62,468 nucleotides of DNA from an uncultured Acidimicrobiales bacterium (GTDB lineage: Bacteria; Actinomycetota; Acidimicrobiia; Acidimicrobiales; Poriferisodalaceae). Shown one piece after another: positions 1 through 9,551 of the stretch; positions within the stretch are counted from its first letter, which is position 1, and each line of letters starts with the position of its first letter. The stretch covers positions 1-62,468 of the forward strand of contig CAJQGN010000002.1 in assembly GCA_905477545.1 (NCBI GenBank), in the 5' to 3' direction. The notes beneath the pieces were generated by a model, which made no database searches, was not told the DNA's origin, and saw only the letters and a list, made by a program, of their open reading frames with translations. The position numbers and the translations under genes were made by a program.

Positions 1-67
1 ACTAACGAAAAAATACTTTTGGCAGCAACTAATTCTGTACTCGTTTGATGAGTTAGCTCATGCCAAC

Positions 68-1567
68 TCAAGCCATTAACAGACCTATCTGCTCTCGGTC
101 TGCGTCAGCCGCGTCAAGTGTAGCTACAATTTTACCTTCGAAAAGTACTGCGATACGATCAGCCAGACCTATTATCTCATCGAGCTCAGCCGACACTAGA
201 AGAACTGCTGCGCCTTCATCCCGTTTTCTGATAATGCTTTTGTGAATGAACTCAATCGCACCAATATCTATTCCGCGAGTTGGTTGGGCAGCGATCAAAA
301 ACTTAATTTCTCCACTAAATTCTCGGCCGACAATTAATTTTTGTTTATTTCCCCCACTCAATGTTGCTACCGCAGTGTCTAGACGTGGAGTCCGCACATC
401 AAACTCGTCTACTACTTCTTTCGCATGGCTAGTGATTGCACTTCTTTGAAGCAAGCCGCGGAAAGAAAAGGGTTTCCGATGATAGCGATTAATCATCGCA
501 TTTTGTTCAACCGAATAGATTCCGATTACTCCATGTTTTTCTCTATCTTCGGGGATGTGGCCTACGCCTAAGCTTGCAATTTTTCGAGGACTTGTGTTCA
601 TAACAGCCTGAGTGCTAATTAATATTTCACCCGCCTCAGAAGGACGCAAACCCGTAACAGCTTCAACTAGCTCGCGTTGACCATTACCCTCTACACCCGC
701 GATTCCTAAAATTTCTCCCTCTCGAACTTTTAGCGAAAGATTATTGACCGCTCTTTGAGATCGATCGTCATCAACTTCCAAATTTAGAACTTCAAGAACT
801 ACTTCTCCCGGTTGAGAAATAGTTTTGTCAACCCGAAGCAACACGCTTCGTCCAACCATCATTTCTGCTAGCGCTGTTTCTGAAGTACCTGAAGGCGTTG
901 TTCTACCCACAACTTCGCCATTACGAAGAACAACAATGTCATCTGCAATTGCTAACACTTCTCGTAATTTATGCGTTATAAAAACTATGCCGACACCCCG
1001 TGCGGTTAGATCTCTCAATACTTGAAGTAGGTGGTCAGTTTCTTGTGGCGTCAACACAGCCGTTGGTTCGTCGAGAATCAATACCTCAGCATTACGGTAT
1101 AACGCCTTTAATATTTCAACTCTTTGCTGTGTCCCAACAGGGAGTTCCTCTACCAAAGCATCCGGATCAACATCTAAGCTGAAGCGCTTGACTAATTCTA
1201 AAACTCTTTTTCTCGCTTCCGGTAAATCAACTAACCCACGTCTTTTGGGTTCCGCTCCCAAAACAATATTTTCCACCACACTCATCGGCGGGACTAACTG
1301 AAAATGTTGATGAACCATTCCTATGCCACGTCGAATAGCGTCACTGGGACCCTGAAGATCAACAACCTCATCTTTTATGACTACGCTGCCTTCATCAGGT
1401 CGGCACATGCCGAATAGCATGTTCACAAGAGTGCTTTTACCCGCTCCATTTTCCCCTAACAGCGCTAGAATACGACCTGGTTTAAGTTCAATCGATACTT
1501 CGTTTGTAGCTACTACCCCTGGAAATCGTTTCGTAACATTTTGTGCTCCTATAAGAACGTCTACCAT
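68..1567 (-). CDS. ABC transporter ATP-binding protein, duplicated ATPase (BMP/nucleoside-sugar importer type)
   Basis: 499-aa ORF with two ABC halves. Motifs: Walker A GENGAGKST, Walker B VLILDEPT, second-half signature LSGGNKQK. It is the last gene of a minus-strand operon with two permeases and a BMP lipoprotein. Confidence 0.9.
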   Translation of the reverse strand: MVDVLIGAQNVTKRFPGVVATNEVSIELKPGRILALLGENGAGKSTLVNMLFGMCRPDEGSVVIKDEVVDLQGPSDAIRRGIGMVHQHFQLVPPMSVVENIVLGAEPKRRGLVDLPEARKRVLELVKRFSLDVDPDALVEELPVGTQQRVEILKALYRNAEVLILDEPTAVLTPQETDHLLQVLRDLTARGVGIVFITHKLREVLAIADDIVVLRNGEVVGRTTPSGTSETALAEMMVGRSVLLRVDKTISQPGEVVLEVLNLEVDDDRSQRAVNNLSLKVREGEILGIAGVEGNGQRELVEAVTGLRPSEAGEILISTQAVMNTSPRKIASLGVGHIPEDREKHGVIGIYSVEQNAMINRYHRKPFSFRGLLQRSAITSHAKEVVDEFDVRTPRLDTAVATLSGGNKQKLIVGREFSGEIKFLIAAQPTRGIDIGAIEFIHKSIIRKRDEGAAVLLVSAELDEIIGLADRIAVLFEGKIVATLDAADADREQIGLLMA

Positions 1568-1569
1568 TT

Positions 1570-2574
1570 CTAACTCTTCTCGTAGGTCTGGCCTAAAGCA
1601 GCTGGGTCTCGCATTGAACCAAATAGACCGCTAAGCGCAACAACCACAATTGTGACGACATAGGGCAGCATCCCCACAAACTGAGTCGGTATATCGAATG
1701 TACTATTTAGTTGAAACTGGTTTTGGAGCGCTGTGGCAAATCCGAAAAAAAGAGCGGCAGCGTACGCTCCGTAAGGTGTCCGACGACCAAAAATCATGAC
1801 CGCTAAGGCTAAGAAACCTCTACCTCCGGACATATTCCTACTGAAAGCTCCCACAGCCTCCAATGCTAAGTAAGCGCCCCCAAACCCGGCGAAGCCTCCC
1901 GCCAACGTCGCATTGAAATAGCGGAGGCGTAACACTTTTATGCCGACAGTATCGGCTGCTCCGGGATGCTCCCCAATGGCTCTGGTTCTCATACCCCAAA
2001 CGGAGCGGAACATAGCTATGTGGACAAGGACCACCAAACAAATTGTTACGTATGTGAGCAAGGGTCGACTAAAAAATACTCGTCCGATTAGCGGGATATC
2101 AGCAAGAGAACCCAACTCGATCGGCGAATATTTACCTACTCCTAATGAACGAGATCGATCATAAAAGAAAGAAGTCAAACCTATCGCTGCGATATTTATC
2201 ACTGTGCCAGCAATTATCTGATCTACTTTGAGACCAACTGCCATTGCCGCTAGGCACCAACCTAGGACAAGGCCTGTTGCTATTCCTGCAAAAACACCTA
2301 ACGCAAGCGATCCTGTTAACGAAGTAACTGTGAAAGCAGAAAACGCAGCTAATAAGAACTGGCCCTCAATACCGATGTTTACAATCCCAGACCTCTCACA
2401 TATCATTCCGCAAATAGCTCCTAGTACGAGCAATGTTGCAGCTCGAACGGTTCCGGCAAGCACAGCGGTAGTTTGGCCACTATTTATAGAGTAGAAGCCC
2501 AATACAAGAGCAATTAGAACTGCTACTAGAACCCATAGGAAAGTTCGGCGTCGAGATGTCACTTGTTCCCCCAT
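1570..2574 (-). CDS. ABC transporter permease (BMP-family importer)
   Basis: 334-aa polytopic hydrophobic ORF. It lies 2 nt from the ATPase gene and overlaps the upstream permease by 16 nt. Confidence 0.85.
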   Translation of the reverse strand: MGEQVTSRRRTFLWVLVAVLIALVLGFYSINSGQTTAVLAGTVRAATLLVLGAICGMICERSGIVNIGIEGQFLLAAFSAFTVTSLTGSLALGVFAGIATGLVLGWCLAAMAVGLKVDQIIAGTVINIAAIGLTSFFYDRSRSLGVGKYSPIELGSLADIPLIGRVFFSRPLLTYVTICLVVLVHIAMFRSVWGMRTRAIGEHPGAADTVGIKVLRLRYFNATLAGGFAGFGGAYLALEAVGAFSRNMSGGRGFLALAVMIFGRRTPYGAYAAALFFGFATALQNQFQLNSTFDIPTQFVGMLPYVVTIVVVALSGLFGSMRDPAALGQTYEKS

Positions 2575-3629
2575 CCAACACCTAATTTGAGGTCCTCGTC
2601 AGTTTGATTTTGAAACCGGAGAATCCATCGGAGAATAGTTGGAGCTGCGACGAAAAAAAGAATCAGAGCTTGAATCACATCTATTATTTCTGGTGCCACA
2701 TCAGCTTTAAACTGCATACGCGAAGCACCGGCTTGCATTAAACCGACTAATAAACCAGCTGGGATAACACCTATTGGATTTGCTCGCGCAAGCAACGCAA
2801 TAGTAATCCCCTCAAAACCTAGACCCACGTTTACGCCGGCTTCGAAACGGCCATCAACTCCTAAACTTTCTACAGCTCCACCAAAACCTGCAAGCATCCC
2901 TGAGATAGCCATTGTGGATGCTGTGATAACTCCAATTCTGATTCCGGAATATCGAGCTGCGTCCTTGTTGAAACCAACACTTTTGACTTGGAACCCGAAA
3001 GTTGTTCGCTCAAGCACAAACCAACAGATTATGGCGACCAAGATCGCAAGAAGAAACCCAACCGGCAGAGCACCCCAGGTCGGAATTTCAGCGGATGGCT
3101 CAATGGGTGGCGTTCGAGCAATAATTCGATCACCGGAATTATCTTTCCATGGGCTAGAAGACAACCAATCAGTAAGGTTTCCAGCCACAAAATTTAGCAT
3201 GATGGTAACGATCACCTCGTGAGCACCTGAGGTCGCTTTTAGAGCACCAGCAATTCCTCCCCAGATAGCTGCCGCTAGACCGCCTGCTATCAAAGCCAAG
3301 GGAAGGTGAATAACCATGGGCAGTCCATCCAAGCCGAAACCAACCCCAGCAGCAAAAACTGCACCGATTAGAAGTTGTCCCTGACCACCAATATTGAAAA
3401 GCCCCGCCTTAAAAGCAAAAGCTACCGCTAGGCCACCAAATATGAGAGGCGTCGCTTTTTGGAACGTTCTAAGAAGAGCATCACTGTCTCGAAGCCCTCC
3501 TACAAGCATCGCTTGATACGCAGTAATCGGCGAGCTTCCCTGAGAGGCAATCAAAATCGCCCCGATTATTAGGCCCAAAGCCACGGCGGCAACAGGCGTT
3601 ACGCAGCTACGAAAAAGTTTCTTATTCAT
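2559..3629 (-). CDS. ABC transporter permease (BMP-family importer)
   Basis: 356-aa polytopic membrane ORF between the binding protein and the second permease. Confidence 0.85.
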   Translation of the reverse strand: MNKKLFRSCVTPVAAVALGLIIGAILIASQGSSPITAYQAMLVGGLRDSDALLRTFQKATPLIFGGLAVAFAFKAGLFNIGGQGQLLIGAVFAAGVGFGLDGLPMVIHLPLALIAGGLAAAIWGGIAGALKATSGAHEVIVTIMLNFVAGNLTDWLSSSPWKDNSGDRIIARTPPIEPSAEIPTWGALPVGFLLAILVAIICWFVLERTTFGFQVKSVGFNKDAARYSGIRIGVITASTMAISGMLAGFGGAVESLGVDGRFEAGVNVGLGFEGITIALLARANPIGVIPAGLLVGLMQAGASRMQFKADVAPEIIDVIQALILFFVAAPTILRWILRFQNQTDEDLKLGVGWGNK

Positions 3630-3697
3630 AGGACGCGAACCGGGGGTGCCACTGCGAATAACAGTGACACCCCCATATCCGTAAGTCTGTCTAACAA

Positions 3698-4741
3698 TTA
3701 GCTAAGTGGGTAACCGGTCGAGATAGACCCGTCAGTTAGACCCGCTAATACCTCATCAAGCGTTGCGCGCATTTCAGCAGTAACGGTTGATTCGAAATCA
3801 TGGTACGGGGCGAGACCAACTTCTCCCATCGAGTTTCCACCTTCCATAACCCCTGCATATGCATCTGCGATTAACGAGGCAACTCCAACATCGATGAGTT
3901 TCATTGCGCTAGTAACTAGGCACGGTTGAGCTTCAGGGACAGTACCCCATTGATCGGTGTCTACGCCTACACAATAGAGACCTTCAGTCGAAGCAACTTC
4001 AATTAGCGCTCCGTTTCCAGTGGAACCACCGGCACCGAAGATTATGTCCGCTCCCTGATCAATCACTTGTCGGGAAGTAGTAGCTCCCCATTCCGGATCT
4101 CCGAATGCAACATCGATGCCACCAGGATGATAAGTCGAGATAGTTTTCACTGATGGGTTGGTGTATCTGGCGCCATTCTCCCAACCTTCTTTAAAAGCTA
4201 CGACAGGTGGAACTAGATCAGTACCTAAAACGGCTCCGACTATGTTCGATTCAGTTAGCATCCCAGCAAGAGCTCCGGCAAGGAAACCTGACTTATCTTC
4301 CGGGAAGATTAATCCAGCGAGGTTCGGAATCACGCCACCCCATTGTCCTTGATCAACTCCGATGAACATCACCTCAGGATTTGCATTTGCTGCTGCAATA
4401 GTCGCTTCACCCATACCGAAACCAACGGTCACAATAACGTTGGCACCGTCATCTAAGAAAAGCTGAATGTTAGCTTCATAATCTTTCGATGCTTCAGTTT
4501 CTATATAATCAACCTCTGCACCGATTGCTGTTGCAGCCTCTTGGGCCCCTTCCCATGCAGACTGATTGAAGCTTTTATCATCAACTTTCCCGGTGTCCGT
4601 TACTAAACCGATCTTAAAGTCGACAGCTTCTGCTTCTGGTTCTGCTTCAGAAGCGCTATCAGAATCATCACTGCCACAGGCAGCCGCAAGTAGTCCAAAA
4701 ACTGCTAGCAGTGCAAAGAGGCGCCGCCAAGTCGAAGTCAT
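3698..4741 (-). CDS. BMP-family ABC substrate-binding lipoprotein
   Basis: Signal peptide with lipobox (MTSTWRRLFALLAVFGLLAAAC) and BMP-family motif VDDKSFNQSAWEG. I trimmed the start to the ATG at 4741 that precedes the signal peptide; the ORF track extends to 4822. Confidence 0.85.
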   Translation of the reverse strand: MTSTWRRLFALLAVFGLLAAACGSDDSDSASEAEPEAEAVDFKIGLVTDTGKVDDKSFNQSAWEGAQEAATAIGAEVDYIETEASKDYEANIQLFLDDGANVIVTVGFGMGEATIAAANANPEVMFIGVDQGQWGGVIPNLAGLIFPEDKSGFLAGALAGMLTESNIVGAVLGTDLVPPVVAFKEGWENGARYTNPSVKTISTYHPGGIDVAFGDPEWGATTSRQVIDQGADIIFGAGGSTGNGALIEVASTEGLYCVGVDTDQWGTVPEAQPCLVTSAMKLIDVGVASLIADAYAGVMEGGNSMGEVGLAPYHDFESTVTAEMRATLDEVLAGLTDGSISTGYPLS

Positions 4742-4837
4742 TTCCACGTCCTTAGTAATTAAAATAATTTCGAAATCCAGTATAGATAACGAATAGCCAG
4801 AGCTTAGTCCTACTCCGGGCACGAAACCTAAACTAGC

Positions 4838-5476
4838 TCAGACTGCGTGCTGCTTAATCCAAGTATGCATAGCTATTCCAGACGCAACACCCGCATTAAT
4901 TGATCGTGTTGAACCAAATTGTGTTATCGATACAACGAGGTCAACAACATTTCTGATTTGCTCTGATAATCCAGGCCCCTCTTGACCAAAAACTAGAACA
5001 CAATTACGAGGCAAAGTTACCTCTTCAATTGGAACCGAACCTGGGAGATTGTCAACGCCTATCACCTGAAGTTCGCGTTCTTTCATTTCTTCCAAAAAAC
5101 CAGCGACGGTTGGATGATGCACCACATGCTGATACCGATCGGTCACCATTGCACCGCGACGATTCCATTTCCGTTTACCAACAATGTGCACCGACATTGC
5201 CATGAAAGCGTTTGCATTACGCACAACCGTTCCAATGTTTAAATCATGTTGCCAGTTTTCAATCGCCACATGGAAGGAGTGCCGTCGCAGATCTAAATCT
5301 TCCACGATGGCTTCAGTTCGCCAATAACGATAACGATCAACTACATTTCTACGATCACCATTTGTTAATAGTTCCGGATCGAAATAATCGGCGGTTGGCC
5401 AGGGTTCTGGATGTGGCCCCACTCCTACTGGCTCTGAATCATGCATAGGCTGCTCATTATTCACCAGCAAAACCAC
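4838..5476 (-). CDS. TrmH/SpoU-family RNA 2'-O-methyltransferase
   Basis: 212-aa ORF with a SpoU C-terminal knot motif (GSTRSINAGVASGIAMH). Confidence 0.75.
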   Translation of the reverse strand: MVLLVNNEQPMHDSEPVGVGPHPEPWPTADYFDPELLTNGDRRNVVDRYRYWRTEAIVEDLDLRRHSFHVAIENWQHDLNIGTVVRNANAFMAMSVHIVGKRKWNRRGAMVTDRYQHVVHHPTVAGFLEEMKERELQVIGVDNLPGSVPIEEVTLPRNCVLVFGQEGPGLSEQIRNVVDLVVSITQFGSTRSINAGVASGIAMHTWIKQHAV

Positions 5477-5511
5477 ATCCCTCGAACCAGTACTTCAACT
5501 ATCCTTGAAGT

Positions 5512-5913
5512 TTATTCCTGAACTAGCTCTATGAGAGTACCGAGACTTCCTTTCGGGTGCATAAAAGCTACCGTAGTTCCCCTAGAGCCAGGCCTAGGAG
5601 CCTTATCGATAGCAGTTGCACCAGCTAGGATCATTGCGTCAAGAGCGGCTTGACAGTCGTCCACTCTGTACCCGATATGATGGAGTCCTTCGCCTCTTTT
5701 TGTGAGGTGTTTAGCTATCGGGGAATCAGCACGAGTAGCAGCAGTCAGCTGAATATAACTATCAGCAACTTTGATCAGAGCTTCTTCTACTCCATCACTT
5801 TCAACTACTTCCCGATGATGAACTTTTGCACCAAATGCCTCTTCGTAATAGTTAATTGCTTGCTCCAAATCATTTACTGCTATCGCAACATGATCAATTT
5901 CAGTGAGAATCAT
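5512..5913 (-). CDS. mce: methylmalonyl-/ethylmalonyl-CoA epimerase (VOC/glyoxalase fold)
   Basis: 133 aa. The N-terminus IDHVAIAV.DLE.A...Y and the GEGLHHIGYRVDD motif are typical of the epimerase family. It sits immediately downstream of ccr. Confidence 0.8.
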   Translation of the reverse strand: MILTEIDHVAIAVNDLEQAINYYEEAFGAKVHHREVVESDGVEEALIKVADSYIQLTAATRADSPIAKHLTKRGEGLHHIGYRVDDCQAALDAMILAGATAIDKAPRPGSRGTTVAFMHPKGSLGTLIELVQE

Positions 5914-5921
5914 AGCCAGTC

Positions 5922-7280
5922 CTAATTGTTGATTTCAATTGCTTCAGCATGCCTGCTAAAAAGTGTAATTTTATTTTCACCAATCGATTGACGCTTCTCG
6001 AGATTCGTTATTCCCTCTCCAGCTTCTGGCGCTAAGCAAAGGATTCCAAGTTTTCCTTCGTGCAAGTTATGGTGGACTTGGTTTGCAGCCTCTCCTGTGT
6101 TCGCCAATGTAAAGGTTTTAGACAAAATCGGCTGAATCTTTCCCTGGTCTATCAATCGATTCATTGCTGACGCTTCTGCATAGTTTGCAAAATGACTCGA
6201 CAAAATTTTCTTTAAGCGCATCCAAAGATGCCGATTATCGTACTCAATCATGTAACCGCTAGTCGCCGCACAAGTAACGATTTTTCCACCGCGTTTAGCT
6301 ACAAATACGGACGCTCCCATAGTCGAACGTCCGGGATGTTCAAAAACAATATCTGGGTCTTCTCCGGTAAAGGACCTCACTTTTTTACCAAGCCGCCGCC
6401 ACTCTGCATCATCTTGATTAGTCTCATCTCGCCAGAATTTATACTCTTCAGCTCGCCGGTCGATCACATGTTGAACCCCTAATTCGTTCAACAAGCTAAC
6501 TTTGTCGTCAGAACTCACTACCGCCACGGGAGTTCCACCTCCATTTAGCACGAGCTGGCATGCATAACCGCCCAATCCGCCAGAAGCGCCCCATATTAGG
6601 ACATTGTCGCCTTGCTTCATTCTCGCAGCATTGTCTCCTACAAGCATTCGATATGACGTAGATGCGCAAAGAGCGTTAACAGCAGACTCTTCCCAACTCA
6701 AATGCTCCGGCTTGGGCATCAATTGATTCGCTTTAACAACTGACAGATCTGCAAGGCCACCAAAGTTAGTCTCGAAGCCCCATATTCTCTGGTTTGATGC
6801 CATCATCGAATCTTGATGCGCTGCAGGGTCTTGATCATCTACATAATTACAATGGACATTTACCCGATCGCCAGGCTTCCAATTGCGCACGGCTGAACCA
6901 GTTTGAATAATCACACCGCAAGCGTCTGACCCCAGCACATGGTGGTCTCGAGCATGCCTGGCGCCCCACTCACTTTCCTTTCCCAGTCTATCTAAGAAAC
7001 CAAAAGTTGGTAGCGGCTCAAAAATTGATGTCCACACTGTATTAAAATTAATTGAGCTCGCCATCACAGCCAGATACACCTCATCCGGTGCTAACTCCGG
7101 TGTAGCGACTTCGCCAATGTGTATCGACTCTCTTGGGTCTTTTTCCCAAGACTCGCGACCGTCAAATAGGTCTGCTTCATCACGTTTTACATAGGCAGCT
7201 CGATAACTTTCCGGAATCTTAAGATTAGAAATTTCCTCGCTTGAGGCTCCAGCTTTAATTGCTTCAAGAATGTGTTGCAT
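5922..7280 (-). CDS. ccr: crotonyl-CoA carboxylase/reductase
   Basis: 452 aa. Ccr-like along its length: PESYRAAYV, MASSINFNTVWTS, QRIWGFETNFGGLA, LIWGASGGLGGYA, DIVFEHPGR, YDNRHLWM, GKLGILCLAPEAGEG. Confidence 0.85.
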   Translation of the reverse strand: MQHILEAIKAGASSEEISNLKIPESYRAAYVKRDEADLFDGRESWEKDPRESIHIGEVATPELAPDEVYLAVMASSINFNTVWTSIFEPLPTFGFLDRLGKESEWGARHARDHHVLGSDACGVIIQTGSAVRNWKPGDRVNVHCNYVDDQDPAAHQDSMMASNQRIWGFETNFGGLADLSVVKANQLMPKPEHLSWEESAVNALCASTSYRMLVGDNAARMKQGDNVLIWGASGGLGGYACQLVLNGGGTPVAVVSSDDKVSLLNELGVQHVIDRRAEEYKFWRDETNQDDAEWRRLGKKVRSFTGEDPDIVFEHPGRSTMGASVFVAKRGGKIVTCAATSGYMIEYDNRHLWMRLKKILSSHFANYAEASAMNRLIDQGKIQPILSKTFTLANTGEAANQVHHNLHEGKLGILCLAPEAGEGITNLEKRQSIGENKITLFSRHAEAIEINN

Positions 7281-7416
7281 CGGTCAGAAGTTACTCTCTG
7301 GTAATAGTGTCAAGGGGAGAGCTTATTAGAAAGTACTGACAACAACTCCTCATCAAACCTACACTTATTAAATCGGAAGCTATTAGTGGCCCGATCGAAA
7401 CGATCAAGTAGGCAAA

Positions 7417-8598
7417 ATGTCAGGTTCAGTTATCGTCGGAGGCGCACGGACGCCTATCGGAAAATTCAATGGTGGACTTACCGAATTCAGTGGTGTTCAA
7501 CTAGGTGCTCTTGCTATCGAAGCAGCATTAGAACGAGCTGGTATCACAGGGGATCAAGTTGACCATGTAATTATGGGACAAGTTCTTCAAGCAGGACAGG
7601 GTCAAATAACTGCTCGACAAGCTGCGGTTCTCGCAGGCATTCCCATGAGTGTCCCAGCCATCACCATAAACAAAGTCTGTCTATCCGGGCTGAATGCTTT
7701 GTACATGGCAAACCAGATGATTTTATCCGGTGATGCTGATGTAGTGATTGCAGGCGGAATGGAGTCGATGACCAACGCTCCGTATATTTTAGCTGATGGC
7801 CGTAATGGCTTTCGTATGGGTCACAGCGAGGTTCGTGATGCGATGATTCATGATGGCTTGTGGTGCGCATTCGACAACGAGCACATGGGCGACGGAACAG
7901 AAAAGGATTCCAAAGCGGCTAAAATCAGCCGTACTCGAATGGATGAGTTCTCAGCTCAATCACACGAGCGTGCTGCTTTTGCCCAAAAAGAGGGACGGTT
8001 CGAATCAGAAATCGTTTCCGTTCTGATACCCCAACGAGGTGGCGAGTCTCTTGTGATGGAAACTGATGAGGGGGTACGGCCAGGCACGACTAGCGAGAGT
8101 CTGGGAAAACTCCGACCAGCTTTTGCTGACGACGGATCCGTCACAGCTGGAAACGCTTCACAAATTTCTGATGGTGGCGCAGCAATGGTGGTAATGTCTT
8201 CATCAAAAGCAGCGGAGTTAGGGCTTAGCGTCCAGGCTGAACTTTTAAGTTATGGCATGGTTTCAGGTCCAGGTACTTGTTTGCTAACGCAACCTTCTCA
8301 AGCTATTTTCAAAGCACTTGCAAAGAGTGACATTAAGCTCTCTGACATCAACTTATTCGAGCTTAACGAGGCATTCGCCGCTGTAGGGATTGCTGCAAGC
8401 GAAGACTTAGAAATAAGCTCAGATATCGTCAACGTCAACGGCGGCGCGGTCGCTCTCGGTCACCCAATAGGGATGTCTGGGACTCGTCTCGCTCTTACTT
8501 TAATGAATGAACTTGCGAGAAGAGGCGGTGGTTATGGTGCTGCTGCGCTTTGTGGCGGTGGCGGCCAAGGCGATGCATTAATAATGCGGGTGCCTTAA
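7417..8598 (+). CDS. acetyl-CoA C-acetyltransferase (thiolase II)
   Basis: 393 aa. Active-site Cys context NKVCLSGL, plus NEAFAA, GGAVALGHPIGMSG and ALCGGGGQG. Divergent from ccr. Confidence 0.9.
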   Translation: MSGSVIVGGARTPIGKFNGGLTEFSGVQLGALAIEAALERAGITGDQVDHVIMGQVLQAGQGQITARQAAVLAGIPMSVPAITINKVCLSGLNALYMANQMILSGDADVVIAGGMESMTNAPYILADGRNGFRMGHSEVRDAMIHDGLWCAFDNEHMGDGTEKDSKAAKISRTRMDEFSAQSHERAAFAQKEGRFESEIVSVLIPQRGGESLVMETDEGVRPGTTSESLGKLRPAFADDGSVTAGNASQISDGGAAMVVMSSSKAAELGLSVQAELLSYGMVSGPGTCLLTQPSQAIFKALAKSDIKLSDINLFELNEAFAAVGIAASEDLEISSDIVNVNGGAVALGHPIGMSGTRLALTLMNELARRGGGYGAAALCGGGGQGDALIMRVP

Positions 8599-8604
8599 CT
8601 CCGT

Positions 8605-9201
8605 TTACGCATTTAAATCCCGTCGACCTTCTAAAGCTCTTCCTAGCGTCAGTTCATCTGCATATTCCAGATCTCCCCCGACGGGGAGGCCACTTGCTAT
8701 TCGTGTGACTTTTATTCCCAGTGGTTTAAACTGACGAGCCAGATACATAGCGGTAGCTTCGCCTTCGATGTTTGGGTTTGTGCACACAATTAGTTCTTGA
8801 ATTTCCTCATTAGATAGACGAACTATCAACTCTTTAATTCGAAGTTGTTCCGGTCCTATTCCTTCCATTGGGTTAAGGGCGCCCTGAAGAACGTGGTAAC
8901 GACCTCTGTACCCAGCTTTTTCAAGAGCCGCTACATCTCTTGGTTCTTCAACAACGCAAAGAGAATCGTTATCACGGTGAATGTCTGAGCAAAGGCGACA
9001 AATTTGTTCTTCGGAAATGTTCCAACATTGTTCGCAGAACCCAACTCGTTCTTTCGCTTCAATAATGGCGTGGGCTAATCTTAGTGACTCAGTTTCAGGC
9101 AATTTCAATAGGTGGAAAGCTATCCTTTGCGCTGATTTTGGCCCGATACCGGGAAGTCGGCCAAACTCGTCAATTAAGTTTTGGACAGGAAGATCGTACA
9201 T
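8605..9201 (-). CDS. recR: recombination protein RecR
   Basis: Motifs [16 protein letters not shown]4 zinc finger [16 protein letters not shown] and a Toprim segment. Start trimmed to the ATG at 9201 ([13 protein letters not shown]). Confidence 0.9.
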   Translation of the reverse strand: MYDLPVQNLIDEFGRLPGIGPKSAQRIAFHLLKLPETESLRLAHAIIEAKERVGFCEQCWNISEEQICRLCSDIHRDNDSLCVVEEPRDVAALEKAGYRGRYHVLQGALNPMEGIGPEQLRIKELIVRLSNEEIQELIVCTNPNIEGEATAMYLARQFKPLGIKVTRIASGLPVGGDLEYADELTLGRALEGRRDLNA

Positions 9202-9214
9202 TGCTATCTGGACC

Positions 9215-9538
9215 CTACTCTTTTGTTGCACGCAGCAATGTCGAAGTCTCTGCGCTCGACAAAGCCTGTGCTTGCACATTCCCACATTTTGTGAGTGCAT
9301 CTCTAAAAGCTGATGCCACAAGGTCTTCTAGCATTGTCACGTCGTCAGGATCGACTGCTTCTTCTCTGATTTTTACTCCAATAAGTATTCCATCTGCTTG
9401 CATCGAAACCCGGACAACGCCTCCGCCGGCTGTTCCCTCAACTATTGTCTTTGCAATACTATTTCTTTGTTCAATTAAATTTGATTGAATTTCAGTTGCC
9501 GCTTCAAGCATGCTTCTGACTTCATTATTTTCACCCAT
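9215..9538 (-). CDS. ybaB: YbaB/EbfC nucleoid-associated protein
   Basis: ORF of about 107 aa in the conserved dnaX-ybaB-recR position. Start uncertain (9538 or 9571). Confidence 0.8.
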   Translation of the reverse strand: MGENNEVRSMLEAATEIQSNLIEQRNSIAKTIVEGTAGGGVVRVSMQADGILIGVKIREEAVDPDDVTMLEDLVASAFRDALTKCGNVQAQALSSAETSTLLRATKE

Positions 9539-9551
9539 TAGGTATCCAATC

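Noticed and set aside
4742-4822. 27-codon extension upstream of the BMP lipoprotein signal peptide
   Set aside because: A signal peptide with a lipobox follows the internal ATG directly, and an extension would bury it.
9202-9321. N-terminal 40-codon extension of the recR ORF
   Set aside because: The extension is Cys/Arg/Gln-rich, overlaps the ybaB 3' end, and RecR homology begins at the internal ATG ([13 protein letters not shown]).
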